In this document: positions 49,616 through 58,083 of the stretch, one piece after another
Layout: each line of letters starts with the position of its first letter
Position numbering within the stretch: the first letter of the stretch is position 1
Source: Promethearchaeia archaeon
Lineage (GTDB): Archaea; Asgardarchaeota; Lokiarchaeia; Sigyniarchaeales; SOKP01
Assembly (NCBI GenBank): GCA_029856145.1
Contig: JAHQWK010000008.1
Span: 96,001-160,000, forward strand
DNA length: 64,000 bases
Direction: 5' to 3'
Program-made: the position numbers and the translations under genes
Notes under the pieces: generated by a model
The model's input: only the letters and a program-made list of their open reading frames with translations
Told to the model about the DNA's origin: nothing
The model's database searches: none

Positions 49616-51487
49616 ATGGAAATTATTGATAAAAAAAATTTGGAAAAAATAAAGGCTCTCAATAATCAATTTGTTTTAAAGGTTGTTGATGAGTTTATTT
49701 CTCTTTGTAAGCCTTTAAAAGTCACTGTTATAACAGACTCTCAAGAAGATATTGATTATGTAAGAAACAGAGCTATTGAGCTTAGTGAAGAAACAAAACT
49801 GAGTTTAAAAGGGCATACTGTACATTATGATGGGTTCTTCACAATGAGTAATCATGATCAAGCTAGAGATAAAGGAAATACTCAGGTTTTGGTACCTAAA
49901 GATGAAGAAGGTTCATATCCTTGGATAAATACGATGGAAAGAGAAAAGGGATTAAAAGAAGTCTTGGATATCATGGATGGATGTATGAAAGGCCATGAAT
50001 GTGTAATAAGGTTTTTTTGCTTAGGCCCAAAAAACTCCAAATTTTCAATTCTTGCACTTCAATTAACAGATTCTTTTTACGTTGCCCATTCAGAAGATCT
50101 TCTTTATAGAGCAGGCTATGAAGAATTCAGAAAACTCAACGGATCCGATGATTTCTTCTATTTTATACATTCTTCTGGAGAATTAACTGGTAAGCCACCA
50201 GTTACAAAAAATCTCGATAAAAGGAGAATCTATATAGACTTAAAAGAAGGACGTGTACTCTCAGTAAATAATCAATATGCAGGAAATTCACTTGGATTAA
50301 AAAAACTTGCTTTAAGATTAGCAATTTATAAAGCTAATAATGAAGATTGGTTAACAGAGCACTATTTTATAATGGGGGTTCATCCAAAAGGAAAAAATCG
50401 AACTTCATTCTTCTGTGGTGCATTTCCTTCTGCATGTGGCAAAACCAGTACCGCAATGTTACCAGGGCAAACTATAGTTGGAGATGATATAGCTTATCTT
50501 CGAGTTTGGGAGGATGGTTATGCTCATTCGGTAAACATTGAGAGAGGAATTTTTGGAATTATCAAAGATGTAAATGCTAAAAACGATCCTGTTATATTTG
50601 ATGCACTGACAACTCCTAGAGAAACTATTTTTTCTAATGTGCTAGTTAAAGATGGAAAACCTTATTGGATTGGAGATGGAAGTACAATCCCAGATGGAGG
50701 ACATAATTATTCAGGTAATTGGAATAAAGGAAAAAAAGATAAGAATGGGAGAGATATACCTCTCGCACATCCAAATGCTCGCTATACAATTCGTATTGAA
50801 GAATTGAATAATGCTGATCCTAATCTCCATAAACCAGATGGAGTACCAGTACATGGTATTTTTTATGGAGGGCGCGATAGTGATACAATGCCCCCAGTAA
50901 TTGAAAGTCTTGATTGGGAGCATGGAGTTTTCTTGGGTGCCTCAATTGAATCAGAAACTACTTCTGCTACGTTAGGTGAGGAGGGAGTAAGAATGAAGCA
51001 GCCTATGGCCAATCTAGACTTTATGGTTGTTAGTTTGGGAAAATATATCAAAAATCACCAAGTCTTTGGCAACAGGTTAGAACATTGTCCAAAAGTATTT
51101 GCTACTAATTATTTTCTTAAAAACAAAGAAGGAAAATATTTAAACGGTATTTTAGATAAATTATGTTGGGTAATCTGGGCAGAGGGTCGAGTTCATAATG
51201 ACTTTAATGCTATAAAAACGCCCATTGGCAATATACCCAAATATTTAGATTTAAAAACACTGTTTAAACAATATCTTGATAAAGATTATAAAGAAGAGGA
51301 TTACATTAAACAATTTTCTATAAGACCTAAAAAAATATTAGAAAAATTAGATCGTATTGAAGCTATGTATAAAAAAGAAAAGGACGTCCCAGAATTTTTC
51401 TGGAATATCTTTAATAATCAAAAAAATCTTTTAATAAATTTAAAAAATAAGTCTGATTCTGAAGAAATCTCTCCCTTATTATTTTAA
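49616..51487 (+). CDS. pckG: Phosphoenolpyruvate carboxykinase (GTP)
   Basis: DQAR, YAGNSLGLKK, WLTEH, GAFPSACGKT, VGDDIA, HPNARY, YGGRD. Confidence 0.96.
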   Translation: MEIIDKKNLEKIKALNNQFVLKVVDEFISLCKPLKVTVITDSQEDIDYVRNRAIELSEETKLSLKGHTVHYDGFFTMSNHDQARDKGNTQVLVPKDEEGSYPWINTMEREKGLKEVLDIMDGCMKGHECVIRFFCLGPKNSKFSILALQLTDSFYVAHSEDLLYRAGYEEFRKLNGSDDFFYFIHSSGELTGKPPVTKNLDKRRIYIDLKEGRVLSVNNQYAGNSLGLKKLALRLAIYKANNEDWLTEHYFIMGVHPKGKNRTSFFCGAFPSACGKTSTAMLPGQTIVGDDIAYLRVWEDGYAHSVNIERGIFGIIKDVNAKNDPVIFDALTTPRETIFSNVLVKDGKPYWIGDGSTIPDGGHNYSGNWNKGKKDKNGRDIPLAHPNARYTIRIEELNNADPNLHKPDGVPVHGIFYGGRDSDTMPPVIESLDWEHGVFLGASIESETTSATLGEEGVRMKQPMANLDFMVVSLGKYIKNHQVFGNRLEHCPKVFATNYFLKNKEGKYLNGILDKLCWVIWAEGRVHNDFNAIKTPIGNIPKYLDLKTLFKQYLDKDYKEEDYIKQFSIRPKKILEKLDRIEAMYKKEKDVPEFFWNIFNNQKNLLINLKNKSDSEEISPLLF

Positions 51488-51512
51488 AAAGCATTTAACT
51501 TAAAAAAAGCAA

Positions 51513-52193
51513 TTAAACTAAATATTTTAACCCAGATCTCACTTTATAACTTTTTTTTATCCTATCAAGTTCAATAAATCGTTTAATTTCCAAATTATTT
51601 AAGAAATCTCGCATTTGTATTTTATCTTTTTTCAATTCTTCGGCTAAACCTTCAATATCAGTTTCATAAGTACGTAGTGTTTGAAGTAATGATGAATATT
51701 CTTCAAAAACATGGTTGACTAAATAAGTAATAGATTCTTTTATGTTTAAACTAGTTTTTGTGCTTGTTGGAAACATTTTGTTATCTTCGGGTAAATAATT
51801 TTGTGAGCGAATTACTTCTGGAGGTCGAGCACCTTCAATATCCTGTTTATTTGCTAAAAAGATTATTGGAGTATTTGGAGGTAATATTTTTCTTATTGAA
51901 TTTAATATCATAATTGCACTATCATCTTTTTCAGGAGAAGCAGCATCAAAGAGAAAAATGACTCCATCTGAGCCACTCGTACAAATACTTCTCATAACTG
52001 AAAATCTTAAAAGCCCTGGTGTTCCAAACAAAAATACATCGAACCCGTTTAGTTTTACACTCCCTAAATCCATCGCAACGGTGTAAAACTTCTCATCTTT
52101 ACCTTTTGCTTCCACATTCATTGCATTATCATCTAGAGCCTTTATATAACTTGATTTTCCCGATTGTAGTGGCCCAGAAACTAAAATTTTTAT
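51513..52193 (-). CDS. MglA-like small GTPase with C-terminal winged helix; N-terminus extends beyond the track ORF, start codon non-canonical
   Basis: Frame upstream of the ATG at 52121 reads IKILVSGPLQSGKSSYIKAL (G1); TVAMDLG, LFGTPG, NKQD, TSTK follow; GGTGA at 52205-52201 precedes tandem ATA codons. Confidence 0.85.
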   Translation of the reverse strand: MKILVSGPLQSGKSSYIKALDDNAMNVEAKGKDEKFYTVAMDLGSVKLNGFDVFLFGTPGLLRFSVMRSICTSGSDGVIFLFDAASPEKDDSAIMILNSIRKILPPNTPIIFLANKQDIEGARPPEVIRSQNYLPEDNKMFPTSTKTSLNIKESITYLVNHVFEEYSSLLQTLRTYETDIEGLAEELKKDKIQMRDFLNNLEIKRFIELDRIKKSYKVRSGLKYLV

Positions 52194-52943
52194 TATTATT
52201 TCACCAAACTTTTAATAATGCAATTGAAACTTGATTTTACTTTACTTATTTTTATATTTAAAAGGATAATATACTTGGATAATATATTTTATTTTTTATT
52301 AAATAGTTAATTTGTGGTAAAATATTAAAATCTTAACTTTCATTTCAAGTTTTTGAAGACCTTTACTATAATAATTTATACATAAATTGAATTGGATTTT
52401 ATAAATCCTTTAAAAAAAGAGAATATGAATTTTCATACAGGTTTACCTTTTATTTTTTCTTCTTTGTTAACTAAATTTTATTACATCTTTTAATATCAGA
52501 ATTTTTGTTAAAAAAACTCTATGAAAATACTATAAATCGCATATTTCTTACAAAATAAAAATAGAATTTTGAATGATTTTCCCAATTTAAGAATTTTATT
52601 TTTTTAATCATATTATTCCAAAAATAACTCTCTCTCATGATATTTTGAATTAATATTCAATATCGACAACTTAAAAAGTAAAAAATTCCTAAATTAATAC
52701 TTTTTTCTTACTAATTTTTCGAAATGACAAATGAAAATGTCGGAGATTTTAAAAAAAGTTACTAAAATCCGAAATGGTAAAGAATCTTTAAATATTAAGA
52801 TCGATCTAAATTCTAATATTGAAAAATATTATTGTAATCCTTAAAAATATAATAAATATATTATTAAAAATATCAATATTTATAAAAGTAGATAATTAGC
52901 ATTTAAAATAGATTATATTAATCAGATTATGGTTTAAGAAATT

Positions 52944-53450
52944 ATGCAAACGGTGGATTTTGAATTTCGAAATGAGCTTATCAAGGAAGATTTCTCATTA
53001 AATTATTGTTATCAGTGTGGAACTTGTTCCAGCGCATGTCCTGTAGCTTTTATAACTAATGGTGAATATAATCCCCGAAAAATTATAGAACAATCACTTT
53101 TAGGACTTAAAGACTTATTAATAAAAGATCAAAAACCTAATGTGTGGTTATGCTGTACATGCCAGATGTGTGTTGAAGAGTGTCCCCAAAACGTTTTTTT
53201 AACAGAAATTTTTGAGAAGATTAAAAACAGAATTGTAGTTTTAGGGGAGCCTTATCCTGAAACTTATAAAGTACAAGCAAAGAGTGTATTAGAAAATGGT
53301 TTAGCGATACCACTTACACAACCAATTATTCGTAGAAGAGATCAATTAGGACTTCCAAAGATAGAGTCTGCGAATATTGAAGAGATAACCAAATTATTAA
53401 ATGCTACAAATTTTGAAAAAAAAATAAATTTAATGGGGGAAAACAAATAA
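52944..53450 (+). CDS. hdrC: Heterodisulfide reductase subunit C-like
   Basis: CYQCGTCSSACP, YNPRKII, WLCCTCQMCVEECPQ. Confidence 0.95.
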   Translation: MQTVDFEFRNELIKEDFSLNYCYQCGTCSSACPVAFITNGEYNPRKIIEQSLLGLKDLLIKDQKPNVWLCCTCQMCVEECPQNVFLTEIFEKIKNRIVVLGEPYPETYKVQAKSVLENGLAIPLTQPIIRRRDQLGLPKIESANIEEITKLLNATNFEKKINLMGENK

Positions 53451-53451
53451 A

Positions 53452-54321
53452 ATGTCATATAACTACTTTTTAGGATGTGTAATTCCTGGAAGACTCCCGT
53501 TTATAGAAGCTTCTGCTCGAAAAGCATTTGAAGAAATTGGCATTAAGGTTGGAGATCAAGCTAAATGTTCGTGCTGTCCGGATCCAACTGGAACAGCTCA
53601 ATTAGATCATGAATCTTTCTTGGCTTTAGGAGCAAGAAACTTATGTCTTTTTGAAGAAAATAATAGTAATATATTAAGTCTTTGTTCTGGCTGTACAGAA
53701 ACTCTTAAAACAGTTAAACATATTTTAGATAATGATAATGATAAGAAAAAAGAAATTAATTCGAAATTAAGTGCAATAGGAAAAAATTATAAAGGAAATG
53801 CTGAAATTAAACATTTTGCTGAAGTATTATACGAAAATATTGACAAAATTAAGGAAAAAGTTAAAAAACCTTTAAAAGATCTAAAAGTTGCAGGTCATCC
53901 CGGTTGCCATTATCTAAGACCATCTGAAATAATAAATTGGGATGATCCACTCAATCCTAAAACATTAGATGAATTAATAGAAGCAATTGGAGCAGATCCC
54001 GTTGATTATAGTTTGAAAAATGATTGTTGTGGTAATCCAGTTGAAAAGTCTGATAAAGATATATCTTTAAGTATGTTAGAAAATAAACTCCAAAGCATGA
54101 GAGAAGCAGGAGCAGACTGTATTGTTTGTGTCTGTCCAGCATGCTATCAGCAATTTGATTTCAATCAGAGAGAAGTAAATAAAAAGAAAAATACTGAATA
54201 TAATTTTCCTGTTTTTTACATAACCGAGTTAATTGATTTAGCACTAGGAATGGATACGGAAGGACTTGGATTAAATTTCCATAGAATTAAAGTTAATGAA
54301 ATTTTAGAAAAAATTACTTAA
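53452..54321 (+). CDS. hdrB: Heterodisulfide reductase subunit B-like
   Basis: Two CCG domains: FLGC..CCPDP..CSGC and HPGCH..CCG..CPAC..QFD. Confidence 0.95.
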   Translation: MSYNYFLGCVIPGRLPFIEASARKAFEEIGIKVGDQAKCSCCPDPTGTAQLDHESFLALGARNLCLFEENNSNILSLCSGCTETLKTVKHILDNDNDKKKEINSKLSAIGKNYKGNAEIKHFAEVLYENIDKIKEKVKKPLKDLKVAGHPGCHYLRPSEIINWDDPLNPKTLDELIEAIGADPVDYSLKNDCCGNPVEKSDKDISLSMLENKLQSMREAGADCIVCVCPACYQQFDFNQREVNKKKNTEYNFPVFYITELIDLALGMDTEGLGLNFHRIKVNEILEKIT

Positions 54322-54341
54322 AAGGTAGGAAGTGTTCTAAT

Positions 54342-55637
54342 TTGGGTGAAAATTTAAAAAGAGTAATGGTTATTGGAGGAGGGATTGCAGGTATTCAAGC
54401 ATCTTTAGATTTAGCTGAAAGAAATATAAAAGTTGATCTAATTGAAAAAAATGCCTGTATTGGTGGAAGGATGGCTCAACTGGATAAAACGTTTCCTACT
54501 AATGATTGTTCTATTTGTATTTTAGCTCCTAAACTTGCAGAATGTTTTCGACATCCAAATATTACATTGCATATACTTTCAGAAGTTAAAAACTTATCAG
54601 GCCAACCAGGGAATTTTAAAGTGAAAATACTCAAGAAAGCAAGATATATTAAAGAAGATGAATGTATAAATTGTGGACTTTGTATAGAAAAATGTCCAAT
54701 GAGGGTGGATGACGAATTTGATATGAGATTAAGAAAACGTAGAGCAATTTATATCGATTATGTTCAAGGAGTCCCCTCAATTATGACTATAGATAGAGAG
54801 AACTGCTTATTTTTTACAAAAAACGCTTGTAGAATTTGTGAAAAAGTATGTGAAAAAGAAGCAATTGATTTCGACCAAATTGATGAAGAAATTGAATTAA
54901 ACGTAGGATCAATTATTGTAGCAACTGGTTATGATATCTTTAATCCTAAATCTATTGAAACTTTAGGATATGGACGATACCCTAATGTTATTACTGCTTT
55001 AGAATTTGAACGTTTAATTTGTGCCTCTGGACCTTTAGGTGGACATTTAACGAGACCCTCAGATAAAAATGATCCTAAAAAACTTGCATTTATTAATTGT
55101 GTAGGTTCAAGGGATATAAAAAACAATCCATATTGTTCATCTTGCTGCTGTATGTATACCACTAAAGAAGCTATGATTGCTTTTGAGCATGATAATGAAA
55201 TAGAGACTTCAATATTTTATATTGATCTTAGAGCCGCTGGTAAAGGATTTCGAGAATATATTCAAAGAGGAGTAAATAATTATGCTATTAAATACATTAA
55301 AGGAAAAGTGGCAAAGATATTAGAAGATGATCAAAGAAATCCTCTCATTATTTATGAAGATATTAGTACTTCGCAAGTTAAACAACTTAAATTTGATTTA
55401 GTTATTTTAGCTACGACTATGGTACCTAAAAAAGATGCAAATGAATTAGCAAAAACTTTAGGAGTTAAATTAGATAACTTTAACTTTTTTAAGGGAGAAA
55501 GTTTCCATCCACAGAAATCATCGAAAGAAGGGATATTTCTTTGCGGTGCTTGTAGAGAACCAATGGATATTCCAAATTCAGTAATAGATGCAAGTGGAGC
55601 AGCCGCTAAAGCTGCAGAAATACTAATGAGGGGATAA
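54342..55637 (+). CDS. hdrA: HdrA-like flavoprotein, module 1 (FAD plus inserted 2x[4Fe-4S])
   Basis: GGGIAG, LDKTFPTNDCSIC, CINCGLC..CP, CRICEKVC, CVGSRD, YCSSCCCMY; TTG start. Confidence 0.93.
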   Translation: MGENLKRVMVIGGGIAGIQASLDLAERNIKVDLIEKNACIGGRMAQLDKTFPTNDCSICILAPKLAECFRHPNITLHILSEVKNLSGQPGNFKVKILKKARYIKEDECINCGLCIEKCPMRVDDEFDMRLRKRRAIYIDYVQGVPSIMTIDRENCLFFTKNACRICEKVCEKEAIDFDQIDEEIELNVGSIIVATGYDIFNPKSIETLGYGRYPNVITALEFERLICASGPLGGHLTRPSDKNDPKKLAFINCVGSRDIKNNPYCSSCCCMYTTKEAMIAFEHDNEIETSIFYIDLRAAGKGFREYIQRGVNNYAIKYIKGKVAKILEDDQRNPLIIYEDISTSQVKQLKFDLVILATTMVPKKDANELAKTLGVKLDNFNFFKGESFHPQKSSKEGIFLCGACREPMDIPNSVIDASGAAAKAAEILMRG

Positions 55638-55642
55638 AAAAA

Positions 55643-57310
55643 ATGTCGGATGATGATATTAGAATTGGAGTTTTTATTTGTCATTGTGGTACTAATATAG
55701 GTGGTGTTTTAGATATTTCTGAGTTAATAGAATATGCCAAAACTTTACCAAATGTAGAGTATAGTGCTGCTAACCTTTATACATGTTCTGAAGTTGGACT
55801 AAATGAGATCAGAGAAAATATAAAGGAACAAAACTTAAATCGTGTTATAGTTGCATCTTGTTCTCCACGAACTCATGAACCATTATTTAGATCAACTTGT
55901 CAAGAGGCAGGTTTAAATCCTTATTTATTTGAAATGGTAAATATTCGAGATCAAGATTCTTGGGTTCACATGAAAGAACCAGAAAAGGGTACCGAAAAAG
56001 CTAAAGATCTTATTAGAATGGGCGTTTATAAAGCGGCTTTGTTAGAATCTTTAGAGAAAATGCAAGTTAGTGTAATACCTTCTGCTATAGTAATTGGTGG
56101 AGGTATTGCAGGAATGAATGCTGCATTAACTTTAGCAAATCAAAATTTTGAAGTAAGTTTAATTGAGAAGGATTCTGAATTAGGAGGATTGATCAGACGC
56201 CTAAATAAAGTATATCCAACTAATGAAGATGCTTCAAATTTATTAGAAATAAGAAACTTAGTAGAAAATCACAAGAAAATAAATATACATAAGTCTGCTA
56301 TAATTGAAAAAATTGAAGGGTTTGTAGGAAACTATAAAGTAATTATTCTCCAAAATAAAAAGACAATCGAAATTGAGGCAGGTGCTATTATTGTTGCTAC
56401 TGGGGCTATAGCTTTATCACCAGAAGGCTATTATGATTATAATGGAAAAACTATAATAAGTCAATTAGAATTAGAAGAAATATTAAAAGAGAGTGAATTC
56501 AGTGCGAATAACATTACCATGATTCAATGTGTGGGCTGTAGGAATGAAGAAAGAAAATATTGTTCGAATATATGTTGTATGACTGCTCTAAAAAATGCAA
56601 TCTTAATAAAAGAACAAAATCCGGCGGCTAATATCACTATAATTTTTAGAGATATACAAACACAGGGTGTCACTTATGAAGAATACTATAGAAAAGCAAG
56701 AGAAATAGGAATATTGTTTATAAAATATTTACCCGAAAAACCTCCAATTATTAAGAAAGATCACATAGAGGTTTATAATGAATTTATGAACCAAGTTATT
56801 GGGGTTCCCTATGATCTTGTTGTATTATCAATGCCTCTTATTGCTAATGAAGATTCAGAGCAGTTAGCTAAAATGTTAAAAGTTCCATTAGAAGAGAATA
56901 ATTTCTTTTTAGAAGCTCATGTGAAATTAAGACCTGTTGATTTTGCTACAGATGGCGTATTTGTATGTGGTTCAGCTCATTGGCCCGCAGATATTTCAGA
57001 ATCTATATCACAATCAAATGCAGCAGTTTCTAGAGCAAGTACAATAATTTCTAAAGATATGTTGGAAGTAGAAGGTTCTACAGCTGAAGTGGATACTGAT
57101 TTATGTGTAGGTTGTGAAGCGTGTATTAAAATTTGTCCCTATAGTGCGATATCTAAAGATGAAGAGACAGATATCGTAGTAGTTAATAAAGTAGTTTGCA
57201 AAGGGTGTGGAGTCTGCGGTGCTAGTTGTCCGCAAAATGCAATTACTATTCACCACTTTACAAGTGATCAACTTATTGCTGAAATTGTAACTTATGGAGG
57301 TGGAGAATAA
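55643..57310 (+). CDS. hdrA: HdrA-like flavoprotein, module 2 (N-terminal Cys domain, FAD, C-terminal 2x[4Fe-4S])
   Basis: IGVFICHCG, ASCSPRTHE, GGGIAG, YCSNICC, EAHVKLRP, CVGCEAC..CP, CKGCGVC..CP. Confidence 0.93.
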   Translation: MSDDDIRIGVFICHCGTNIGGVLDISELIEYAKTLPNVEYSAANLYTCSEVGLNEIRENIKEQNLNRVIVASCSPRTHEPLFRSTCQEAGLNPYLFEMVNIRDQDSWVHMKEPEKGTEKAKDLIRMGVYKAALLESLEKMQVSVIPSAIVIGGGIAGMNAALTLANQNFEVSLIEKDSELGGLIRRLNKVYPTNEDASNLLEIRNLVENHKKINIHKSAIIEKIEGFVGNYKVIILQNKKTIEIEAGAIIVATGAIALSPEGYYDYNGKTIISQLELEEILKESEFSANNITMIQCVGCRNEERKYCSNICCMTALKNAILIKEQNPAANITIIFRDIQTQGVTYEEYYRKAREIGILFIKYLPEKPPIIKKDHIEVYNEFMNQVIGVPYDLVVLSMPLIANEDSEQLAKMLKVPLEENNFFLEAHVKLRPVDFATDGVFVCGSAHWPADISESISQSNAAVSRASTIISKDMLEVEGSTAEVDTDLCVGCEACIKICPYSAISKDEETDIVVVNKVVCKGCGVCGASCPQNAITIHHFTSDQLIAEIVTYGGGE

Positions 57311-58081
57311 ATGGTATTTGAACCTAAAATTTTGGGATTTTTATGTAATTGGTGCTCTTATGCAGGAGCGGACTTAGCAGGTGTGAGTCGAATCCAATAT
57401 CCAACAAATGTTAGAGTTATACGCGTTATGTGCTCTGGAAGGGTTGATCCTGTGTTTATAGCTGAAGCATTTATAAATGGCATTGATGGAGTACTTGTTT
57501 TAGGATGTCATTTAGGAGATTGCCATTATATAAGTGGTAATTATGAAGCAGAATTAAAAATGAAAATGGTAAGTAAATCATTATCCATGATAAATTTTTC
57601 TGATCGAGTACGTCTTGATTGGGTTTCTGCTGCAGAAGGAAATAGATTCGCTCAAATAGTTACTGATTTTACTGAACATATTCGTACATTGGGTCCATCT
57701 CCCGTTAAAAATAAAAAGATTAAAAAACGAATAATTGATAATCTAAATGCTGTTAAATTTGCCATAAGTGATTCCAGATTAAGAGCTTTAGTTTCTAGGC
57801 AAAGAGAATTAACAACAGAAGGGAATGTATATGGTGAAATAATACCAACAGAAGAATTTGAGGAAATTCTTAATAATGCTATTAAAAATGAAATTATTCG
57901 TCATGAAATTTTAGAAAAAATAAAGAATAAAGGTAAATCTGTTCTTGATATCGCAAAGGAAATTGAGGTTGAACCACATAAAGTTTTACAGCATATTGTA
58001 ACTTTAAGAGCTCGAGGTTTAGTTGATGTTGATCAAATAAATGAAGAAATTCCCACATTTATATCGATTAAAGAGGCTTAA
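57311..58081 (+). CDS. mvhD: MvhD [2Fe-2S] subunit fused to a C-terminal winged helix
   Basis: FLCNWCSY, RVMCSGR, GCHLGDCHY, WVSAAEG; C-terminal SVLDIAKEIEVEPHKVLQHIVTLRARGLV. Confidence 0.92.
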   Translation: MVFEPKILGFLCNWCSYAGADLAGVSRIQYPTNVRVIRVMCSGRVDPVFIAEAFINGIDGVLVLGCHLGDCHYISGNYEAELKMKMVSKSLSMINFSDRVRLDWVSAAEGNRFAQIVTDFTEHIRTLGPSPVKNKKIKKRIIDNLNAVKFAISDSRLRALVSRQRELTTEGNVYGEIIPTEEFEEILNNAIKNEIIRHEILEKIKNKGKSVLDIAKEIEVEPHKVLQHIVTLRARGLVDVDQINEEIPTFISIKEA

Positions 58082-58083
58082 AG

